Shown: positions 43,681-50,006 of the stretch, in pieces
How the letters are laid out: each line of letters starts with the position of its first letter
How positions within the stretch are numbered: position 1 is the stretch's first letter
IMG/VR virus record: IMGVR_UViG_3300025697_002467
Length of the DNA: 50,006 nt
Strand: one strand, 5' to 3'
Origin: a virus
Taxonomy: Duplodnaviria; Heunggongvirae; Uroviricota; Caudoviricetes
Position numbers and translations under genes: made by a program
The notes under the pieces: generated by a model
What the model saw: only the letters and a program-made list of their open reading frames with translations
Told to the model about the DNA's origin: nothing
The model's database searches: none

Positions 43681-43717
43681 CTTAGTTTCCAAAAGTTGTG
43701 GGTTGTTGGGGTAGAAG
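43680..43717 (+). promoter_or_regulatory. repeated motif, copy P7, fused to the last CRISPR repeat
   Basis: GCTTAGTTT-CCAAAAG-TTGTGGGTTGTTG-GGGTAGAA. Confidence 0.85.
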
Positions 43718-43751
43718 TAATTAACAATCTTAACCTATTTGGAGATAGAAC

Positions 43752-45299
43752 ATGGCCAAAACAATCATTGATAGTGTTACTTTAAATTTTACTGACCTTA
43801 CCGGTGCCAAGACAGGCTGTACCAAACTCGGTTCCAACAAATTCTGGAAGGGCTGGGTTGAAGACCTTGGAGACGGCACAGGCAATTTCGAGTGTTGCTG
43901 GGGTGCTACAGGCACACCAGGTAAAGACACCGGAAGCAAACGAGGTATTGACCTTGATGATGCCCAAACCTTGCTCAATAAGAAAGTTAAATCAAAAGTA
44001 AAAAAAGGTTATACCCTCCTTGAAGTTCGTTCCGATGAGGAAGAGGTGGCCAAGGCTGCTGACAACGGTGTAAACCTCACTGCTGACAAGAAAGCCCCCA
44101 AAAAGAAAAAAGCTGTCAAGAAATCAACTTTCAATCCTGCTATCGGAAACTTGCTGGCTACCATCTATAATGAAACCAGCCGTGTTGTCACAGCAGGTCT
44201 TTCCTCTCAGGCTGGCTCATCTGCTGATAACCCTATAGGTAACCTGTCTGATGCCCAGTTAGACGTAGGTGGTGGCATTTTGGACGATATAGAGGCATTC
44301 CTGACACAGGAACTTGGCCATGAAGACACAGCTAACCGTGTTCAAACCTTGGCTTTGTCTGCTGATGGTGTACCTTCTGATGGTGTCATTGATTTGACTA
44401 ATCAGTACATGTCGAATGTTCCGAGAGAAATTGACCGTTCACAAAGAGGTAGAGGCAACCTGCATCGTCTGGTTATTTCATCCTTTGAACGCTTGGAAGA
44501 GCAACGAAAGTTTTTACAGTTGCTTCGTGATGCTCACCTGACCAAAGGTGTCTTTAAAGCTGCTGCTAATGCTTCTACAGGTGGTAAAGAACAGATTTGG
44601 TATGAAGGCCTCAATTGCCTTATCGAATTGTGTGAGTCTGGATCAGCCGAATTCAAGAAAGTGTCAGACATATTCAACAACAACCAATCTCGTAAAAACC
44701 AGAACTGGTTCAGTGGTGGACGTTCTACTCTCCGCTTGAAACGGATTTTCAAGTTCACTCGTAATGGTACAGACAAACAGTTTGCCAAGTATGCTAAAGA
44801 GATGGCTTCCAAGCCCAATGCAGTCGGCAATATTTTTGCTTGGCACGGCACACGTACTGAGAACCTTCTCGGTATCAGTAAAACTGGCCTCTTGATGCCT
44901 GAAAACTTGCCTCGTGGTATCCACGTATCAGGTAAAGCTTTCGGCAAAGGGATTTATCACGCCCCTGATATTTCAAAAATAAGAACCATTCACGGTGTGC
45001 AAACAGATGGTACGAATGGAGCTTTGAAGTCTATGAACTATACCTCTTCAAGGGGAGCTTATTACGGTTCAAATAACACTTCAAATTCGGCCTTCATGTA
45101 CCTGCAGGAAGTTGCTTTAGGTAACGGTGATGTTCATACAGCCCCTTGCTGGGACAAACACCGTCCGAATAACTACCCGAAGAACGATTTCATTTATGCA
45201 GCAGCCGGCGGTTGTAGCACGTTATCCCATGATGAATTGGTAACTTTTTCTCAGGATGCTCAAATATTCCGCTATTTGCTTGAGATTGAAGCAAGATAA
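43752..45299 (+). CDS. WGR + PARP-regulatory + PARP catalytic domain ADP-ribosyltransferase
   Basis: WGR: SNKFW...WGATG; PARP_reg: IGNLSDAQL..G..IL...LTNQYMSNVP; catalytic H-Y-E: AWHGTR, GKAFGKGIY, KSMNY, EVALG, HDELVTF..Q..RYL. Confidence 0.92.
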   Translation: MAKTIIDSVTLNFTDLTGAKTGCTKLGSNKFWKGWVEDLGDGTGNFECCWGATGTPGKDTGSKRGIDLDDAQTLLNKKVKSKVKKGYTLLEVRSDEEEVAKAADNGVNLTADKKAPKKKKAVKKSTFNPAIGNLLATIYNETSRVVTAGLSSQAGSSADNPIGNLSDAQLDVGGGILDDIEAFLTQELGHEDTANRVQTLALSADGVPSDGVIDLTNQYMSNVPREIDRSQRGRGNLHRLVISSFERLEEQRKFLQLLRDAHLTKGVFKAAANASTGGKEQIWYEGLNCLIELCESGSAEFKKVSDIFNNNQSRKNQNWFSGGRSTLRLKRIFKFTRNGTDKQFAKYAKEMASKPNAVGNIFAWHGTRTENLLGISKTGLLMPENLPRGIHVSGKAFGKGIYHAPDISKIRTIHGVQTDGTNGALKSMNYTSSRGAYYGSNNTSNSAFMYLQEVALGNGDVHTAPCWDKHRPNNYPKNDFIYAAAGGCSTLSHDELVTFSQDAQIFRYLLEIEAR

Positions 45300-45330
45300 A
45301 TCCAGCTATTTCCATTTTGGAAACAGTTGA

Positions 45331-45360
45331 TCCCTGCCTTTACGGGCGGGGGTTTTTTTT
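45331..45360 (+). terminator. intrinsic terminator abutting motif P8
   Basis: CCCTGCCT-TTAC-GGGCGGGG then G and a long T-tract. Confidence 0.85.
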
Positions 45361-45400
45361 GGCTTAGTTTCTAATTTTTGTGGGTTGTTGTAGTAAGAAG
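45360..45400 (+). promoter_or_regulatory. repeated motif, copy P8
   Basis: TGGCTTAGTTT-CTAATTT-TTGTGGGTTGTTG-TAGTAAGAA. Confidence 0.85.
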
Positions 45401-45452
45401 GCAATGATGCCTGATAAGTTGGTTGAAGCAAGATAAACAGGAGGATACTGTA

Positions 45453-45764
45453 ATGACTAATTCAAAAAATGCTCAGAAGTTTGCCTCGTTTACCTATGCC
45501 GAGCAAAAAGAACTTTCAAATGCTCTTAGACACCACTTGAGTGAGTGTCAGGTACGAGAAGAATCTCAACGGGATGATGATCCGATCAAACTCTTTGCGG
45601 AAAGTCTTCAAAATGTCTGTAAAGATAAATTTGTAGATTTAAGCCCTGCTGCTGCTCTGGAAAAAACTACCCACGAGACAGCAAAAGAGCGGATTACTCG
45701 TGTAGCATTGATGAGCAATGCTTTGTCCTATGCTTTAAAAGAGGGTATCAATAATGAGACTTAA
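45453..45764 (+). CDS. hypothetical protein
   Basis: start re-called at MTNSKN with GGAGG RBS. Confidence 0.7.
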   Translation: MTNSKNAQKFASFTYAEQKELSNALRHHLSECQVREESQRDDDPIKLFAESLQNVCKDKFVDLSPAAALEKTTHETAKERITRVALMSNALSYALKEGINNET

Positions 45765-46131
45765 AAAAGGTGAAAAAAGGCACATAAACCCAGATGGTAA
45801 TATTGGTGGGAAAGTTAGTTTCGGTTCTTTTGTTTCGAAAGATTCCTTTATATCATATGATTCTATAGTCCAATCAGGGTCTACAGTAAAAGAGAAGTCC
45901 ACGGTAATACAATCTACTATTTCGGGTAAATCAATTATTCGGAATAATAGTTTTGTACGACGGTATGTTGTTTGGGAACAGTCTATTGTAGATAATAGTA
46001 ATGTAGATAATTCTTCAACTAATAAGGAAGAAATACACACATCCATTATACAAAATTCACAAGTGGCTAATTGCAGCCTTGTGAATTGCTACGGTATTAA
46101 AAATATGGAAATTAAAAAGGTAACAAAATGA
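45754..46131 (+). CDS. short-repeat (beta-helix-like) protein, AT-rich
   Basis: RHINPDG.IGG.V then S/I/V-rich 5-6 residue repeats. Confidence 0.6.
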   Translation: MRLKKGEKRHINPDGNIGGKVSFGSFVSKDSFISYDSIVQSGSTVKEKSTVIQSTISGKSIIRNNSFVRRYVVWEQSIVDNSNVDNSSTNKEEIHTSIIQNSQVANCSLVNCYGIKNMEIKKVTK

Positions 46132-48632
46132 TAAAAACGGAACAGTTTATCAACCAGCTTACTAAAGCCTTGGTTGAAAAAGACGTTGAGAATGTTTACC
46201 GCCAGTTATTCCAAATGGGGATACCTGACAGTGTGATTACTTCTCCCTATGGTGGTGATGGTATGTTGAAAAGTAAAGCTGAGAACCTGATAGCTCTACT
46301 TGAATTCAAATATGACTATGACTTCACCAGTCGTAAAGACACCATCAAAGTTCTGATACAGGCTTTATACTATCTTAAAAAGGCTGAGTCTGCCGGGGAT
46401 ATCCTTCCTTCAATTGTTTTTGTCGGGGATAAAAACGAATGCTTTGTTATTCATTTGAATAGCCTTCAAAAGTATTTGGATGCTGATATTGATTGGACGA
46501 TTGCCCCTTCAAGTGCTGGGGTTAAAAACCCAGAACTGACATTGGAAATGTTCAATGATAAAGAAGTGAACCCTTTCGTATTTGATGTAGGTAAAGGGTT
46601 CGATTTCTCAGAAGTTGTCAACAAAATACTGGACTTGAACAGTAATGTCGTTCGGTTGGTTCGTATCACTGAGAAAAACATCAATAACATCTTTGAATAT
46701 TTCGTTGGGAAAGTCTTGGTGACCTCAAAGAAGCTGGACACCAATGCTCAAGTAAGCCTGTTCATCAATATCCTGACCAATCCTGATGAGAACTACATCC
46801 ATCCGAAAAAGAAAAACACCCTGATTACACCTGCCGGTGAAATTACAGTTAAAGGTGCAAAGTTTGCATCCTTCTTCTCTCACTTTGAACGGGAATACAA
46901 GCCCTCAGAGAAAGAGAACCTGATAGCTATTTCCGACCGGTTAATTGAGGACGAAACCCGCCGGAGAGAGGGTGCATTTTTCACCCCAACAATCTGGGTA
47001 GATGAAGCTCATAAAATGATTACGGAGCAATTCGGCTCGGATTGGAAAGAGAAGTATGTTGTTTGGGATTGTGCCTGTGGAACAGGTAATTTGACTCGTG
47101 ATTATAAATTCAAGGAATTATATTGTTCTACCTTGGTGCAAGAAGAAATTGATATGATGATTCAGAATAGGATTAATCCTGAAGCTGTAAAGTTTAAATA
47201 TGATTTTTTGCAGGATGTACCTGAAGGGGTTGTCACAGGTTTTGGTGGTGGTTGGGAAGAGAAATTACCTGAAGGTCTGGTTAAAGCCCTTGATGAAGGC
47301 AAACCTATGATTATGTTGATCAACCCTCCTTATGGTACAGCAAGTAATCGAGACGAATCTTCTAAAAAAGGAGTTGCTTTTAACCAGGTGAATGCTGAAA
47401 TGAAAGCTGATAAATTAGGAGCTTGTTCCCAGCAACTTTATGCACAATTCATGTATAAAATTGCTCGTATTAAAGAGCATTACAGTCTAGCAGATATGAA
47501 TGTGGCTATTTTCAATAAGCCAAACTTTTTAACCGCCCCCACCTACAAGAAATTCCGTTCTTTTTGGGTTAGCCAATTCAGAATGAAAAAAGGGATGTTG
47601 TTTCAAGCTAGTAATTTCTCGGATGTTTCCACTCAGTGGGGGATTCTGTTTAGTATCTGGAAATCAGGAGGTTATGGAAAATATATGACCTGGGTTCAGG
47701 CTGATGTTAAAGAACAGGTTCCTGTTAAAGGCTTGGGTTTGAATACCATCCAAACGATAGGTACAAAAGATTTTGATAATATGGACAATAACTACCCTGC
47801 TTCAAAGTGGGTCAGGGAAGAAACCAAAAATGATAGAGTATCTTTTAAATATGTCTTATGTTTAAAGTCATCTATAAATATAGGAAACAAGATCAAAACT
47901 CTTCCTATAAATGCTTTTGGGACTTTCATATCCGATACAAATACTGTTTATCAAAACTCACAAGGGGTAGTAATACTTAACACACGAAATTCTGCAAATC
48001 AGGGTTCTTTACCTATAATCCCTGAGAATTTCCGCAAGGTTTGCTCCCTCTTTACAGCCCGTAAAACCATAACAGGGAAATATGCCAACTGGATAAACGA
48101 CAAGGATGAATATAAAAGACCAAACCAAACCCACGATGATTATGAACAATGGAACAACGATGCTATTATTTATTCTTTGTTTCACTCAGCCTCAAACCAG
48201 TCTTCACTCAGAGATATCACGTACAAAGATAAGCAGTGGGATATTGAAAACGAATGGTTCTGGATGTCTATTGAATCAATCAAAGGGTTGGCCAATGAAC
48301 ACTCCAATCAGGCCGTCTATGACGACTGTAAGGCTAAAGGCAAGGAAAGGCATGTTTGTACCCTCCTGAAGGATTTAAAGCTCTCTGACGATGCCTCAGA
48401 CCTTTTAGTTGAGGCCAACAAATTGGTCGAGAAATCTTTCAAGTTCCGTGAAATGATGAATGAAGAACACCCTGAATATCACCTCAACTCCTGGGACGCT
48501 GGCTGGTATCAGATCGTCAAGATCCTCAAGGAATACCTGCCTGATGACCTGAAAGAGTTCCGTTTAGGGTATAAGAAGCTGGAGGATAGACTCCGAAGTG
48601 GAGTTTATCAGTTTGGTTTCTTGAGGATGTAA
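46128..48632 (+). CDS. type IIG-like restriction-modification protein (PD-(D/E)xK-like N-terminus + N6-adenine MTase + TRD)
   Basis: GDGML...LLEFKYD; GAFFTP; motif I VWDCACGTGNL; motif IV LINPPY; LYAQFMY. Confidence 0.8.
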   Translation: MIKTEQFINQLTKALVEKDVENVYRQLFQMGIPDSVITSPYGGDGMLKSKAENLIALLEFKYDYDFTSRKDTIKVLIQALYYLKKAESAGDILPSIVFVGDKNECFVIHLNSLQKYLDADIDWTIAPSSAGVKNPELTLEMFNDKEVNPFVFDVGKGFDFSEVVNKILDLNSNVVRLVRITEKNINNIFEYFVGKVLVTSKKLDTNAQVSLFINILTNPDENYIHPKKKNTLITPAGEITVKGAKFASFFSHFEREYKPSEKENLIAISDRLIEDETRRREGAFFTPTIWVDEAHKMITEQFGSDWKEKYVVWDCACGTGNLTRDYKFKELYCSTLVQEEIDMMIQNRINPEAVKFKYDFLQDVPEGVVTGFGGGWEEKLPEGLVKALDEGKPMIMLINPPYGTASNRDESSKKGVAFNQVNAEMKADKLGACSQQLYAQFMYKIARIKEHYSLADMNVAIFNKPNFLTAPTYKKFRSFWVSQFRMKKGMLFQASNFSDVSTQWGILFSIWKSGGYGKYMTWVQADVKEQVPVKGLGLNTIQTIGTKDFDNMDNNYPASKWVREETKNDRVSFKYVLCLKSSINIGNKIKTLPINAFGTFISDTNTVYQNSQGVVILNTRNSANQGSLPIIPENFRKVCSLFTARKTITGKYANWINDKDEYKRPNQTHDDYEQWNNDAIIYSLFHSASNQSSLRDITYKDKQWDIENEWFWMSIESIKGLANEHSNQAVYDDCKAKGKERHVCTLLKDLKLSDDASDLLVEANKLVEKSFKFREMMNEEHPEYHLNSWDAGWYQIVKILKEYLPDDLKEFRLGYKKLEDRLRSGVYQFGFLRM

Positions 48633-48633
48633 A

Positions 48634-48837
48634 ATGAAACCCTGTAATCAAGAAAACAGATACATGAAAAAGGTAAAATACCGTCCGGCTAAGGATGGTG
48701 AGGTAGTATGCCAGGATTGTTTTCATTTCACATACCACCCATTCCCGAAACCTTGTTGTGTTGATGAAAATAATTTCCACATGTTTTTCTTAAAAGACCC
48801 AGAAAAATATACTTGTAGTAGAAGTCGGCCAGCTTAA
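48634..48837 (+). CDS. small Cys-rich protein
   Basis: CQDCFHF...CC...C. Confidence 0.65.
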   Translation: MKPCNQENRYMKKVKYRPAKDGEVVCQDCFHFTYHPFPKPCCVDENNFHMFFLKDPEKYTCSRSRPA

Positions 48838-48856
48838 TTTTCTAAGGAGAAATACA

Positions 48857-49345
48857 ATGAAAAATTTACTATTGAGAGCAGCTGCTATACTTATTTTTTC
48901 TGTGATGATATTAGTTTTATACTCATATATGACAGCAAATCCAAATAAGTTTAACTTCTCGGCCAAAGAAGCACCCTCTGAAACGATAATCTATGCCACA
49001 GGTAAAGTGGTAACAGCAACGACATGGAATGCTACTGTTATGGTACTTACACGCCCTCCAAGGGCAGGTGAGCAGCCTGAGAGGCTCACTTTTACAAAAC
49101 AGGATACCGATACAATCCACATTCAAGAGAAATTCACCCCGACATTAAATGATGAGGCATTGAAAAACAGAAACGAGCAGACTTTAAAAACCTTAAAGAA
49201 CCTGAAAAAGCTATTACCAAAGAATACCACTGTATCTTATGACCCATCTTTTGGGGGCATTGTGATATTTGCAGAAGGTCGAAGATTTGATTTTGGGGTA
49301 GCTTCTAATGAAACAATTACCTGTGATGAAACCTCTTTAAAATGA
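48857..49345 (+). CDS. membrane-anchored or secreted hypothetical protein
   Basis: N-terminal hydrophobic helix; AAGGAG RBS. Confidence 0.75.
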   Translation: MKNLLLRAAAILIFSVMILVLYSYMTANPNKFNFSAKEAPSETIIYATGKVVTATTWNATVMVLTRPPRAGEQPERLTFTKQDTDTIHIQEKFTPTLNDEALKNRNEQTLKTLKNLKKLLPKNTTVSYDPSFGGIVIFAEGRRFDFGVASNETITCDETSLK

Positions 49346-49348
49346 TTC

Positions 49349-49390
49349 TGGCTTAGTTTCGGGTAGTAGTGGGTTGTTGTAGTAGATGAA
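49349..49390 (+). promoter_or_regulatory. repeated motif, copy P9
   Basis: TGGCTTAGTTT-CGGGTAG-TAGTGGGTTGTTG-TAGTAGA. Confidence 0.8.
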
Positions 49391-49435
49391 AGATGGTCAT
49401 AACGACCTTTAACCAATTTTTAATAGGAGAAAACT

Positions 49436-50006
49436 ATGTCAAATGCAATTGATTCCCAAACAAACAAAGATGCAATCAAAGCCTCAACCGACTGGCGTGA
49501 AGCTGCTGTTGATCTAATCAGGTCTGAAATTTCAGAGGGGTTAAGCTTCTCTTCTGGTGAGATAGCTGCAATAATCCGAGTTGTCCGCCCTGAATTGAAA
49601 TTCATGGTCAGTAAAGTCGGTGAGCTTATCCGTGATAAATTCCATGATCAAGAGCTTGACCAGTATAACGATGACGGTGACGGTTATCCTACATACCCCT
49701 ATCAGGGTCTGAGGATTGCTCAAGGCTTGTTCCCTGATCGTACCCCTGCTGGAACCGAAGTGTTTGTATATGGTCCTTCTCAAGAAGCCATTGATGAACA
49801 CGATTTCGAAGTTTACATCCCAATCCCAGGTGAAAACCTGAGTGATTACCCTGACCCTGATGTTCAGGCTGCCAGTGTCCCAGCCCCTGCTGCTTCTCAA
49901 GTCGTGAGTGACCGTCTGACAAAAACAGACATCAAAGCTAAAGTCTGGCAGGACAACCGTATGTGTATCCCTCGTAAAGCTTTGGAAGCCGCAATCTATC
50001 TTGGAG
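49436..50006 (+). CDS. hypothetical protein, runs off window end
   Basis: AGGAG RBS; MSNAIDSQTNKDAIKASTDWREAA..., open to base 50006. Confidence 0.8.
   Translation, partial: MSNAIDSQTNKDAIKASTDWREAAVDLIRSEISEGLSFSSGEIAAIIRVVRPELKFMVSKVGELIRDKFHDQELDQYNDDGDGYPTYPYQGLRIAQGLFPDRTPAGTEVFVYGPSQEAIDEHDFEVYIPIPGENLSDYPDPDVQAASVPAPAASQVVSDRLTKTDIKAKVWQDNRMCIPRKALEAAIYLG

Noticed and set aside
26309-48780. Antisense or overlapping ORFs within ligA, cas genes, PARP and the MTase
   Set aside because: They are shadow frames of well-supported genes, without RBS or recognisable motifs.
1177-49390. The repeated motif as a sigma54 promoter or an integron attC site
   Set aside because: There is no conserved GC at -12 relative to TGGC, no internal palindrome or R'/R'' boxes, and no integrase in the window.
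1-50006. Stop-codon recoding as seen in some huge phages
   Set aside because: Long conserved genes are intact in code 11, and TAG, TGA and TAA all act as real stops at gene ends.

Overview
This window looks like an accessory (non-structural) region of a large or jumbo bacteriophage, or a phage-like element. It is AT-rich and densely coding in the standard genetic code, and I recognised no capsid, terminase, replication or host housekeeping genes. It splits into two divergent arms at about 23.7 kb: mostly minus-strand small hypothetical genes on the left and plus-strand genes on the right. A fixed-spacing ~40-bp motif (YGGCTTAGTTT-N7-TTGTGGGTTGTTG-NN-GTA) occurs 19 times, always pointing away from the divergence point, and punctuates both arms. 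Recognisable genes are a CinA/PncC-type NMN deamidase, NAD-dependent DNA ligase, ParB-like protein, SEC-C protein, two DUF3268/Topo-C4 zinc-finger proteins, an RNA-ligase-like nucleotidyltransferase, DEDDh exonuclease, HAD_SAK_2 phosphatase, DUF3846, a WGR-PARPreg-PARP ADP-ribosyltransferase and a type IIG-like nuclease-methyltransferase. The main feature is a type I-F CRISPR-Cas locus (cas3 without its Cas2 domain, csy1-3, cas6f, no cas1) with a 33-repeat/32-spacer array, bracketed by two copies of the motif. Several spacers translate into recognisable fragments of a type I R-M HsdS subunit, a serine recombinase, a DNA methylase, an excisionase-like HTH and possibly PIN toxins, which suggests an anti-defence or anti-MGE role. 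All assignments come from manual motif recognition; no database searches were run.
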